A DNA stretch of 64,000 nt from Octopus sinensis (taxonomy: Eukaryota). A program made the translations under genes and the position numbers. Positions 12,340 to 24,400 of the stretch are shown one piece after another (position 1 is the first letter of the stretch; every line of letters begins with the position of its first letter). The stretch is taken from contig NC_043002.1 of NCBI RefSeq assembly GCF_006345805.1, positions 22,010,001 to 22,074,000 of the forward strand, read 5' to 3'. The notes beneath the pieces were generated by a model, which was not told where the DNA came from, made no database searches, and saw only the letters and a program-made list of their open reading frames with translations.

Positions 12340-13250
12340 GCATTGTCTGGAAGGGTTTAATCGGACATGTCGACCCCAAGACTTATCTTTAAAAAACAAA
12401 ACGTTTTGTACTTATTCCATCAGAAACTTTGACTGAACCGCTATATGACGGGGACATAAACAAACCCACACCAGTTGTCAAGTGGTGAAGGGAGCATATA
12501 TATATATATGCGTGTGTGTGTGTGTGTGTGTGTACATACATACATACATACATACACACACATATGAAACATGGTTCAGTTTCCGTCTAACAATTTCACT
12601 CACAAGTACACACACACACACACGAAACATGGTTCAGTTTCCGTCAAACATTTTCACTCACAAGTATATATAAACACATACATACACACTCACACATCCA
12701 CGCTCACACACGTACGCACACTCACACACGTACGCACACTCATACATACACACATGCTACGCGATTCAGTTACCGTCTAACAATTTCACTCACAAGTATA
12801 CGCACACACACATACACACACACACTCACAAACAAACACACACACACATACAAGAAACACGGTTCAGTTTCCGTCTAACAAATTCACTCGCAAGTATACA
12901 CACACACACACACACAAACACATACACACACACACACACACACTCACAAACAAACACACACACACATACAAGAAACACGGTTCAGTTTCCGTCTAACAAA
13001 TTCACTCGCAAGTACACACACACACACACACACAAACACACGCACACACCCACTCACTCACACACACACACACACACATTCACACACACATGAAACACGG
13101 TTCAGTTTCCGTCTAACAACTTCACTCGCAAAACATTGGTTGGATCGGTGCTACAGTCGAAGATACTTGCTGAAGGTGTCACGCAGTGAGACTGAAACCA
13201 TGTGGCTGCGAAGCAAGTGTCTTAACCATACAGTCACGCAAGCGCCTATA
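12340..13250 (-). mobile_element. Diverged SINE family A copy with an internally amplified segment
   Basis: SINE-A blocks flank six tandem copies of the GGTTCAGTTTCCGTCTAACAA.TTCACTC.CAA segment. Confidence 0.65.
12565..13130. repeat. Tandem array of a ~40-bp SINE-derived unit separated by CA-rich spacers (6 units)
   Basis: Units GAAACA(T/C)GGTTCAGTTTCCGTCTAACAA.TTCACTC.CAA start near 12566, 12624, 12762 (diverged), 12854, 12972 and 13092. Confidence 0.8.
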
Positions 13251-13971
13251 TTAGAAATAACAATGAAATTACCCTTAAATTACCCTCTAGCGTTAACAAA
13301 AAAAAACAAATAAAAAGGAAAGAAGCGAAAGACGCACTGAATAATGTAATTGATTGAAAAGAAAACGGAATGGCCACAGTCTGAACGTATTTGACCATAG
13401 GTCTGTATGGTCAGAGCTGATATGGGGATTAAACTATGAATTAAACTACGGATTTTAACAAAGTGTCGCGAATTCAGCTAAATTGGCTTTCATTCTGTAC
13501 CGACACAATGGGGGCTAATCAGGCTTTCTGTATAATACATATTTCTGACCAATATTCTAAACTTGTCCTTTTCCTTAATGGCATCTCAACTTTGGAGAAT
13601 TCTTGAATCGTGAGGTTATCTCCCCTTCTCAAGTGGAACTGATCTTAATTGCTATTTGATAAATATGATATACACGCTAAGTTTTAATATAGTTCTAATA
13701 AATCGAGAATTTTTGTCGTATTATATTTCATATAACTGTATTTGTCTATGTTATTTAAATACATGCCACTGGCCACTCTGAGTTATTTCTTTTACCTCAT
13801 TTTTGTTAAAATTATGCATATTATCTAGGCTATAAATGTGCTCTAATTTTTGTGTATAAGTCTAAGTCCTTTGGCTACTGAGTCAAGGGCGATCAATTCT
13901 CTTGCTGATACATCCATGCATGCATGCATGCATGCATGCATGCATGCATACATACATACATACATACATAC

Positions 13972-14023
<52 letters not shown>

Positions 14024-14029
14024 GTTATC

Positions 14030-14378
14030 TTTTACATGTTTCCGTCATTAGACTGCAGCCATGCTGGGGCACTGCCTTGAAGATGTTTAGTCGAATGTAT
14101 CGACGCCGGTACTTATCTTTTAAGAAGTACTGGTACTCTATCGGCCTCTTTTGCAAGTTACGGGGACGTAAACACAGTAGCACCAGTTTTCAAGCGTTGG
14201 TAATGCGAGAAACATACATACACACATATACGACAGGCTTCTTTCAGTTTACGTCACAAGGGTTTGGTTGGCCTGAAGCTATAGTAGAAGACATTTCGCC
14301 AAGGTACTGCGCAGTGGGGCTAAACCCCGAGACATGTGGTTGGAAAACAAACTTGTTACGACACAGCCACGCCTGCGC
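14030..14378 (-). mobile_element. SINE family A (diverged)
   Basis: Reverse-complement consensus blocks; head ends CAGCCACGCCTGCGCC at ~14378. Confidence 0.75.
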
Positions 14379-15923
14379 CTATATTACACACACACTATCT
14401 CATCCATCCATCCATCCATCCATCCATCTATTCATCCATACATACATACATAGTTAGAAACATATGTCCCTGACTGTCCTTTTTTCTCCAGACAATAAGC
14501 CTGTCCCTTTCTTTCGAGGTATGTCAGTTTTGGATAAATATTGAATCTTAAGATTATCTCCCCTTCTCAAGTCGAGTTAGTCTTAATTATCATATAGTAA
14601 TTATGATACATCTAGAAGTGAATATAGTTTTAATAAGTCAAAGATTTATGTTGTATGATATTTGATATACCTATATTTGTCTATGTTGTTCAAATACAAG
14701 CTACTGGTCATGCAGTTGTCTCTCTTAGCTAATTTTTATTTATATATACAATAATATCCCTGGGTAGTTCACACATCCTACGTTAACTTACGGACATGGT
14801 AATGCCTTCGCCTGATCTAATATGACAAAGAAGAAATATTTAGGCGTCATGAATTCATCATTTTATATTATTAATATTTAATTCATGACACTTTCTGACA
14901 TTACAATTTTAACAACACGCTATATCACGTGACTAGGCAATACTTTGTTGGAAAAACACCCCACTCCCAACAAAAGAAACTAATTATATCAACATGTAAT
15001 ACAAAATGGCATTTAACTAATTAATAATTAATTCATTAGATAGTGTCTATTGAAATATCGTATAAGCAAAATGTCAGAGATGCATGTTCAATCTGATATA
15101 GTTGTCACGGGTGATGGAAACCTTTACACAAGCCAATGAGAGAGTGTCAATGTGTCAGTAAATATTGCTAGAAATAGCAGCCAAATCTGTTTCGTAAACC
15201 AAGAGAAGACCTGGATGCAAAGCACTTAGCATACAAAAAATATAAAATAAAGACCTTGCATGGGTATGTTGCCCGGAAGCTTGAGGAAGACAGTAGAATT
15301 GACACGAAGCGCAGTCTCTCTTGGACATAAGACCACTACATCACTTTGAAGGCTATGCGTTTGCAATCCAGGAACAGGAGATTGCCACAAAGTAGCCGAT
15401 GAACAAGAGAGACAATGACTTATGTAAGTGTCTTCTGCTATAGCCTCGGGCCAACCAAAGCCTTGTGAGTAAATTTGGTTGACAGAAACTGAAAGAAGTC
15501 CTGGAGTCGATTTGTTCGATTAAAGGCGGTGCTCCAGCATGGCCGCAGCAAATAACTGAAAAGAGTAAAAGAGTATGTGTGTGTGTGTGTGTATGTACGC
15601 ATATACATACATCCCTCCACAGACACACACGCATACATATATATATTTATGAGGACGGGAAAACCTCATAAGTGTGTGTGTATGCACGCGCACGTGTATA
15701 CTCACACACACACACACAGACACTCACACACACACACACGGGGACATGTGAATTTGGTCACTCGACCTGCTAGACAAAGCACCCAAATTTTCATCCAAAC
15801 CGCATCACCAACTTACTATCTTCAGAAAAGAAACAAGAAACAAAAACAAAAAAGAAAAGAAAAAAAAAAGCACTATGTATTATGTAGTACTGGGTATTAA
15901 CTGCAAATAATAGAGGTTGGTCA

Positions 15924-16335
15924 AAGGCGGCGAGCTGGCAGAAACGTTTGCACACCAGGCGAAATGCTTAGTGGTATTTCGTCTGCCGTTACGTTCTGAG
16001 TTCAAATTCTGCCGAGGTCGACTTAGTCTTTCATCCTTTCTGGGTCAATTAATATAAGTACCATTTGCGCACTGGGGTCGATATAATCGACGTAACCCGT
16101 TTGTCTGTCCTTGTTTGTCCCCTGTATGTGTAACCCCTTGTGGGCAGTAAAGAAATAAGTATTTCGTCTGTCGTTACGTTCTGAGTTCAAATTCCGTCGA
16201 GGTCGACTTTGCCGTTCATCCTTTCGGGGTCGATTAAAGTAAGTACCAGTTACGCACTGGGGTCGATATAATCGACTTAATCCGTTTGTCTATCCTTGTT
16301 TGTCCCTTCTGTGTTTAGCCCCTTGTGGGTGGTTA
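15924..16335 (+). mobile_element. SINE family B dimer (head + two ~190-bp bodies)
   Basis: Junction AAAGAAATA|AGTATTTCGTCTG at ~16157. Confidence 0.8.
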
Positions 16336-16433
16336 AAAATTATATATAGTTTGGTCATGTCTGGATTGCTCTGTCTAAACAACAACCTCATCATCAACCG
16401 TAATGTTATGTATGTCTTCTGTCTCTATTGCAG

Positions 16434-16569
16434 GCGTTCATGTCTTGTTTTCTTGGAGTCGACGCACTTGGATATTTAATGACGTCTTTCGGCCTGTGTG
16501 CCGCAGCGGCCTCTTTGATGTCAACCTATGTGGTGCCAATGCGCTATCGGACAATGGTATACACCACAG
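16434..16569 (+). CDS. UNC93-like protein, next coding exon
   Basis: Acceptor gtctctattgCAG (16431-16433) and donor G|GTATGT at 16570. The 136 nt encode AFMSCFLGVDALGYLMTSFGLCAAAASLMSTYVVPMRYRTMVYTT, matching the UNC93 segment (.YVTC.LG...GY.M..F) that follows D.TK. Phase 0 in, phase 1 out. Confidence 0.9.
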
Positions 16570-17900
16570 GTATGTTGTATATATTCAAATATAGGATCTT
16601 TTCGGTTTGAACGGCAGTTTTTAACATAATTTCTAGGTAACTAAAAAATTTTAAACTTCGTATACTGGTAGAATGTGTTATAAAACATCTTTTTCTCTTG
16701 GCTTTATTGAGAAAATTCTATAGTTTGTAAGATATTTGTTGTTTTTCTTTTTTCAATTTTTGCAATTTCAACCAATCAATGATGTCCATTGAGGTAAACA
16801 ACATTCTGTGCCGTATGAATATGTCCCTCGTTTAAGAAACAGATTGGTTTTATTTACATTTGTGAAGAAAAGAAGATACCTACCCCCCACCCCTAACCCT
16901 AACTAACCCTAGCCCTAAAACAGATTGAAATGCAATAGATCGATACTAGGGTCATAATTATGGGTGGCAATTTCATATGACACCGCTAGAAAAAATTGCC
17001 GTTCAAACCGAAAAGATCCCAAATATATAGACACGTACAGACAGACAGAAGCATACACTCATGCATATCATTATCATATATTATTTAAATATTGTCTGTT
17101 TTGTGGGGATATGTGCGTGAGGGAAGAGAAAAAGAGAAATGGTAAGAAATAGAAGACAAATGAGCGAGGGGAAAGGGGGATAAGATTTATGTGTGTGTGT
17201 GTGTGTGGATGTGTGTTTAGATGATGTAAGAGTGTGAGTATATCTGGGGGAAAAAGAAGAGCGAGGGAAAGAATGAGGCATTTAAGGAGAGATGATGATG
17301 ATAAAGAGAATAATGAAGTTATCGAGAGAGAAGCAGAGATGGAGAGAGAAAGAGCGAGGAAGGGAGAAAGAGGAGAGAGGAGAAAGAAGGACAGAGGGAG
17401 GGAGAGAGAGAGAGAGAGAAGACGAGCGGGTGGAGGAAAGGGAAACAAGGCGTGTGAAGCGTAAAGAAGAGTGTAATAAACGGAGAGAGAGAGAGAAAGA
17501 GAGGGAGGGAGAGAGAAGGTAAATGGGGAAGGGAGAATAAAAGATAGAGAAAAGGAAAGGGGAGAGAGTGAAAGAGACAAAGAGAGACAAGGAAGATAGG
17601 AGAAACAAAGTGAAGACAGGTGCATGAGGGAAACGATAGAGTAATAAATGTAGAGAGAGAGAGAGAGAGCGAGAGAGAGAGTATTTCTTTATTCACCATA
17701 AGGTTGAGAAAAAGAGGGGACAAAACAAACGTTGGGGTCAGGGTATCGAATGAGACGAAACATGAATAAACAAACAATTAATATATATACAATTAAATGA
17801 GAATGAGTGATTAACAAAAAATGAAGCGGAGGACGCGGTCGACCCCACAAACCACATACTCACACTGAAGACTTTGCTTTATCCTTTTTTACATTCTCGA

Positions 17901-20900
17901 TTAAATAGGTTCTTTCACTCGCAACATACTTGCTATAGACTTCCATCTTTTACGAAACACACTTTGCAACAGGCATTCTTCTCCAGCCTTATTTTCCGTT
18001 TCATGTGGAAAACGAAAAAGTCGATTAGCTCGAGACTGGAGATAAACATGCCTGTTGCAATTCCTTTTACTCTCGTCTTCCACACTACTTCTTTCGCCAT
18101 AGCAACTACCGAAAGAAAACAGGCTGAAGGTCGGCGGAACTATCTTAATTACAGATTCGCTCGACAGTTGTACTCTTCTCGAATGCGACAGCAGGTGTTC
18201 GACATAAGTCCAGAGTTCAGTCACCTTGGGGCATTGCACAATCGCGTGCAGGACAGTTCACTGTCCCTCTTACATCTTGCACAAACCGGCGAAGGTGCAC
18301 ACCCATGTCTAAAGAGCTTATCTCGAACCGGTAAAGCTCCTCTGTAACATTGCCAGGCCAGGGACTTTTGGTAATTATCCATAGGCCCCGGACCGAATGT
18401 TCTTTGGAACAGGCTGGCCAGTTGATTTTCGTCGAAGCCCAGAGTTTCTCCTAGGACGTCGTCACACTTAAACTCTACTAACCCTCTATAGAAGAACGCG
18501 GTAGTAGCCCCGCCACCGGCGTTGCCCGACTGGGAGAGAAGCACGAGTGCCTGATAGCACTCTGCATGCCACATGCCCAACCTCGGTCTACACTTGATCC
18601 ATGGGTTCAGTTGTTCGTTAAACGATGTGAACTGTGGAAATAACAGCTTCACAAACGGAGACCACACCTGCTCACCGTCCAGGTAAATCCAGAGGTGCCT
18701 AAGCCTGAGCGCATGTCTGCGCATTTTTAGCCACGGCATCCCTAACCCACCGTTCAGCGGCTTTTGGCAGCAAATAGAGCGCCTTACAAGAGGTCTGCTG
18801 CCCCTCCACAAAAAGCGAAAGAGCATGCGTTCCAGTTTGTTCAGCCACGATTCGGGGCAAGGCACTACGGTTAGGCGGTAAGTGATTACAGAGGCGATAA
18901 ACACTTCTGCAACCTCCGCCTTCCCTTTCAAGGACAGATTCCGTTCAGACCATGTCTGAGTTAGGAGAGCCACCTTTCTCGCCACCTCGCTCCAATTCTT
19001 CTCTATCTGGAGATCTGGACCTAACCAGATCCCAAGCATTTTCACCGGTCCTTCCGTCCAACGTCCTACGACGCTGTCGGAAGACATCGACTTGCCCCTC
19101 CAGGTGCCGAGTTGCAAGCCGACCGATTTATCCCGGTTGACTTTCGCTCCTGCCACCGCTTCGTAGTCCCTTAAGGCCTCACCCACCCACTGTAGGTGCT
19201 CGACTCGGGAAACGATGACGGTGATGTCGTCCGCATACGCCGAAGCTGACTTTCCGCACCCTAGATCTTGCGGGGTGCCTCTCATAGTTTCCAACCTCCT
19301 CAGCAACGGCTCGAGGGCCAAAACGTAGAGAAGCGGGGAGAGAGGACACCCTTGACGTACCGAACATTCAATGCTGAACGGCTCCGAAAGGAAACCATTT
19401 ACCCGAACTACCGATTCGATGTTGCTGTATAAAGCGATGATCCATCCGCGGAAGGTCGGGCCGAAGCCAGCCGCCGCGAGGACCGCCGCCAGATACTGAT
19501 GGTCACCCTATCAAACGCTTTCGATTGGTCCAAGTGGACCATAGCCCACCCTTGCCAGGAATCCTATTTACCCTTTCTAAGGCATAGCGTAGAAAGTGGA
19601 GATTGTCGTGGATGGTCCTTCCAGGGATGGCGCAAGTTTGCGCCTCGCCAACAAGTTCACCCACGACCCTCGCCAACCTTTTGCTAAGACCTTGGCCAAG
19701 ATCTTCAACTCTGCGTTAAGCAGAGTGATAGGCCGGAAATTATCAATTAAATCCCCCTTGTTTGGGTCCTTTCTTAACAACGCTACCACCCCTCGGCTCA
19801 CAGACTTAGGAATTCTCCCGTTCTGCTGCCAGTTGGTGTACACGCATGCAAGTAGGTGCCCAAACAAGTCTGGCATGCTACTATAGAGTTCGTAAGGCAG
19901 ACCATCGAGTCCCGGCGATTTGTCCCCGCCGCATTCTGCCAACATATCCTCGACTTCTTTGGCTGTGATCGGCGCCTCACAAGATTCCGCGTCCGGCCCC
20001 GATAGACGCGGCGAACCGGCTAGGAAGTCTGCGAGCTTCTCCCCGCGCTCCAGCTCGCCGCTCCTCCCGAATAGCTGGGCGAAATGATCATGAAACACCT
20101 TGCACATCTCCTCGGGTTCGTTTACTAATCGACCATTTGGGCCAGTCAAGGATCGAATGGTTGAGTTGTTGCCACGCTGGTCCTCTACCACCCGGGCCCA
20201 TCCGGCTGCGTTGATCCCTTCCTGTCTCATTGCACGGATCTTAGCCCTAATAATGCACCCTTCATGTTTAGCTTGGAGATGTTGGTCTAGTGCTAACCTC
20301 GCTGCTAACACTTTCGATGCACAGCCTGACCTCATTGCCTCCTCTGTAGCCTTAACTAGTTCCTTTTCTACTTTGTTTCTAGCACTAGCTAGTTCTTTGC
20401 TAAACCTAATTGACTCAAATCTGATGGCTCTTTTCAGGGCGTACCACCATTTATTGTTGATAATGGATCCGGTTAACGCCCTCATTACTAATTGTTTAAT
20501 CCGATTCCTGTAGGCTTCACAGTCCAATAGTGACTTGTTTAGCTTCCAGTAGCCGGTACCTCGTCTACACATGCTATCTATGTCGAGCGTACAGGTCACT
20601 AATTTGTGATCGCTGTAGCTGACGATATGGTGTTGTGAACAGCTAGTATTTTCTTATCTTTCCTTCTAGTTATGATTCTATCGATATAAGATCTGGACGA
20701 CCCGTCGTTTCTTGCCAGGTCCACTCTGGAATGTCTGGATGGTCCAGTCTGAATCTATCTGCCAATTCGAAATGACTTAGCATATCGTTGAGGTGAGGTA
20801 ATCCCCTCGTATTCTTTCTTGAGCCAACATAATCTACACTTGCATCGCAAATTATGTTGAAGTCACCTAGCAATACTAACGTGTTCGACGTGCAAGAAAA

Positions 20901-21290
20901 TTCTCTAGGCTTTTGAAATACTCTTTCTGCCCGGCTTTTCCTTCGCAGGGAGCATAGACAGCGACCAGCTGAACACTTTACCACTGCTGTGCGTCACATC
21001 CAAAACGACCAACCTGCCTTCCGGATCTATAAAGACAGTTCTAATCTCTAAATCCAGGTTTTTCCTGACCAGCACTGCCACTCCTCCTCCCCCTCCAGGT
21101 CGACAGGGAGAAATGTATTTCTCGTAGCCGTTTAGAAGGGGCGAAAAAGCCTGCAGCCCACTCAGTCTGGATTCGGTAATTACCACTACATCCAAACGAT
21201 GCGACCTAAGGTCGTTAAGGAGGTAGCCTTGCTTCCAATACGACCCAGGCCGCGAATATTTATACAACCGAGTTTAAACGAGAATGTGAA
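17901..21290 (-). pseudogene. Tx1 ORF2 (apurinic-like endonuclease + reverse transcriptase), frameshifted
   Basis: ORF-track pieces 20905-21267, 20670-20984, 19577-20599, 18221-19321 and 17901-18239 carry APE and RT motifs in the canonical order. The start position is approximate. Confidence 0.9.
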
Positions 21291-21311
21291 AATTAGTTGA
21301 ATGTTTAAAAC

Positions 21312-22911
21312 TTACTGTTTTAACGGAAGAGAGGGTGTAGTTTCACCCTCATCTTTTCTGTCTGTGAGTGTTGTGTTTGCGAGGTCAGTTTTTGCGAATT
21401 GCTTGTACAGATGGCTTGAATAGTTCATCTGTAACGGGCCTACATCCTCCGCAAAAGATTTTTTAATTTCAAAATAATCCTCGTTATCTATCGTATAAAA
21501 TTCTACATTTTCGGATATAATACTATTTATATCTGTTGCGATATATTTTTTCGCCGATTTCAGTAAATTAATTTTTTCCCTTAATGGGTTATTGTTTTTA
21601 TTTATCGCCGTGAAGGTGTTTCTTTTTTTTGGGAGGGGATGTGCTGTGTGTGTGTGTGGTTTGTGGGTGTGTGTGTGCTTGTAGAAGCGTGGGTGTCTGT
21701 AGGTGTGTGCGTGCTTGTGGTAGGTGTGTGAGTGTTGTGTGTGCTTTTTCCAGTGGTGTGTGTTTTTTTGGCTACGTGTGTGTTTGCGACTGTATTTGTG
21801 GGTGTGGGTGTGCTTGTCTGTGTCAGAGTATAGTCCTGTGTACCGAAGAGGGTGGATTTTTCCGTTTCCGTCTTCTTTTTGAAGCTTCCACGTTGACCCA
21901 CTCCTGGATGTTGTTGATGTTGTTGTCATCGTTGTTGTCGTTGTTTTCTCCCGTTGTCGGCTGATTTCGGCAATTGGGGTGCGCGACGTGGCTGCTATTT
22001 CTAGCGGTGAAGTTGTTTTCGGCGTCGTGCTTGCCTCTGTAGTATTTTCTTTCGCTGTGTCTTCTTGCAGCTCGACCGTATGTGGCCTTTCTTGCCACAT
22101 TTATAGCATCTCGGTTTTCTTCCCTCGACTATTACCATCAAGGTGGTATCCAATGGTGAGGGAGCTTGGCAATTTTTCCAAGTCCGAGGGGTTCGCTTGG
22201 ATCACAAGCTCTAAGTCCTGTCCATACCAGGTTGTAGGGCGATATCTTTTAGACTGAAGAATGGCAATTTCTTCCTCTTTGCCTAAGAGAATCGCTGCTG
22301 TTATGAAGTCCACATCTATTTCGGGCGGAATGTCCGTAACCGTTATTCTACTAGTTCTCATTCCTAAATAAAATGGTAAAAGAACTACCTCTTCCGACTT
22401 CAACGTTCTTGTTGAATGTTCCCTAGCTATTTCTTCGCTAGGGAAACGCACCTCTACCGTGCCGAAGCGACTACCCCTTGTTATATAATTGTTTGTTGCC
22501 GATCGGCCTCAAACATTTTTCAATGGCTTCTCTCTGTACGAAGTCAATTTTCTTATTTTTGACATTAAGTCTTGTAAATTACAGTTTTTCTCTCCGTCGC
22601 GTAAATTAATTCACTGGGAGGGAACAACTTCACATTATCACCTTCTTTTTTTAGTAAACTTGGTACTTCTTTAATCCTTCTTTGTTAATAACGATGTTTT
22701 CACAGGGGCGAGTTGCTGCACTCGCAAAATTTATTTTTGCCTTTTCTTGTCGTTTACTAGCTTCGCCAGACATATTGTCGTCTGCTTTTGTAACGCTCGC
22801 GTGAGACGTCTCTTTACTTCTACCTTCCTCCTCCCGCATTTTCGCCTTCATGCCTTCAAACAAATTTTCAACGTTTTCCTCCGACTCGGAGGAGACTGGT
22901 TGCAAATTCAT
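21312..22911 (-). pseudogene. Tx1 ORF1 (RNA-binding/gag-like with CCHC zinc knuckle), frameshifted
   Basis: ORF-track pieces 22651-22911, 22101-22451 and 21312-22100 join through frameshifts. Contains ITRGSRFGTVEVRFPSEEIAR, LLPFYLG and VIVEGRKPRCYKCGKKGHIRSSC. Confidence 0.85.
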
Positions 22912-23069
22912 GTCTTTTCGTCACTTCCCCCTTGAAACAAGGGGGAAAGAACAGCAGAACTCTGCTGCAACAGCAGAATTGAAGTGGCCTCGACGACCAA
23001 AACAGCAAATTTTCAAACTTTTCAGCACAAAAACAAACTTTCACTGCGGAGCAAAGAATAGCACGACCG

Positions 23070-23115
<46 letters not shown>

Positions 23116-23378
23116 CGAGAGAGAGAGAGAGGGGGAGAGACAGGGATAAAAAGAAAAAGTGAGAGAGAGATGGAGAGAGAGAGAGAAGGAAAATGGGGAA
23201 GGGAGAATAAAAGATAGAGAAAAGGAAAGGGGAGAGACTAAAGAGACAAATAGTGACAAGGAAGATAGGAGAAACAAAGGGAAGACAAGTGCATGAGGGA
23301 AACGATAGAGTAATAAATGTAGAGAGAGAGAGAGAGAGGGGGGGACAGAGATAAAAAAGAAAAAGTGAGAGAGAGATG

Positions 23379-23417
<39 letters not shown>

Positions 23418-23782
23418 CGAGAGAAAGAAAGAAAGAGTTAATAGTAAGCAACATTATGTTTTGGTCAGAAAGGCATCGGCCAGCCACCAAATTCCATCTG
23501 TTTCACATCAAATCAAAATCTGAAAATATCGACGAAGAATAAAGCAAGGCTGGTTTTGCAAATGCACTGTTTAAGGGAGTCGCTTTCTTTTCTTGGTCTG
23601 TCGAACATAACAACTCTCTTCTTTTATCTTATTAGGCACCAACAACAGTTTACCATCATATTTACAATACACAGTTCCTTTTCGGAGTCGATACATTAAG
23701 TACCTGTTGCGTTCTGGGATCGATCTAATCGACTGAACGCTCCCCCAAAATTTCGGGCCTTGTACCTAGTGTAGATAAGGTA

Positions 23783-24400
23783 AGGCGGCGAGCTGGCAGA
23801 AACGTTAGCGCGCTGGGCGAAATTCTTAGCGGTATTTCGTCTGCCGTTACGTTCTGAGTTCAAATTCCGCCGAGGTCGACTTTACCTTTCATCCTTTCGG
23901 GGTCGATTAAATAAGTACCAGTTAAACACTGGGGTCGATGTAATCGACTTAATCCGTTTGTCTGTCCTTGTTTGCCCCCTCTGTGTTTAGCCCCTCGTGG
24001 GTAGTAAAGAAATAGGTATTTCGTCTGTCGCTACGTTCTGAGTTCAAATTCCGTCGAGGTCGACTTTGCCGTTCATTCTTTCGGGGTCGATTAAATAAGT
24101 ACCAATCACGCACTGGGGTCGATATAATTGACTTAATCCATTTGTCTTTCCTTGTTTGCCCCCTCTGTGTGTAGCCCCTTGTGGGTAGTAAAGAAATAAG
24201 AAACGTTAGCACGCCGGGCGAAATGCTTAGCATTATTTCGTCTGTCTTTACGTTCTGAGTTCAAATTCTGCCGAGGTTGACTTCACCTTTCATACTTTTG
24301 GTGTTGATAAATTAAGTACCAGTCGAACATTGGGTTCGATCTAATCGATTAGCCCTATCCCCTAAATTTCAGACTTCGTGCTTAAAGTAGAAAGGATTAT
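23783..24400 (+). mobile_element. SINE family B trimer
   Basis: Junctions AAAGAAATA|GGTATTTCGTCTG (~24014) and AAAGAAATA|AGAAACGTTAGC (~24198). The last unit has the alternative (B') tail. Confidence 0.8.

Larger units (their letters stand above)
17682..23072 (-). mobile_element. Full-length Tx1/L1-clade non-LTR retrotransposon (ORF1 + APE-RT ORF2), disabled by frameshifts
   Basis: The 5' end abuts (GA)n at ~23073; the 3' end reads AATAAAGAAATA and then (TC)n on the minus strand at 17682. ORF1 from ATG 22911 has a CCHC knuckle CYKCGKKGHIRSSC (22067-22108). ORF2 pieces carry APE motifs (CINIRGL, DVVVITE, LGDFN) and L1-type RT motifs (GYWKLN, KSPGLDGLPYE, FRPITLLNAELKILAKVL, YADD at 19226-19237), plus a C-terminal Cys/His region; stop at ~17901. 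Confidence 0.93.

Noticed and set aside
12565-13130. Repeat-spacer pattern resembling a CRISPR array
   Set aside because: The repeat is a SINE-A fragment, the spacers are CA microsatellite of variable length, there are no cas genes, and the context is eukaryotic.
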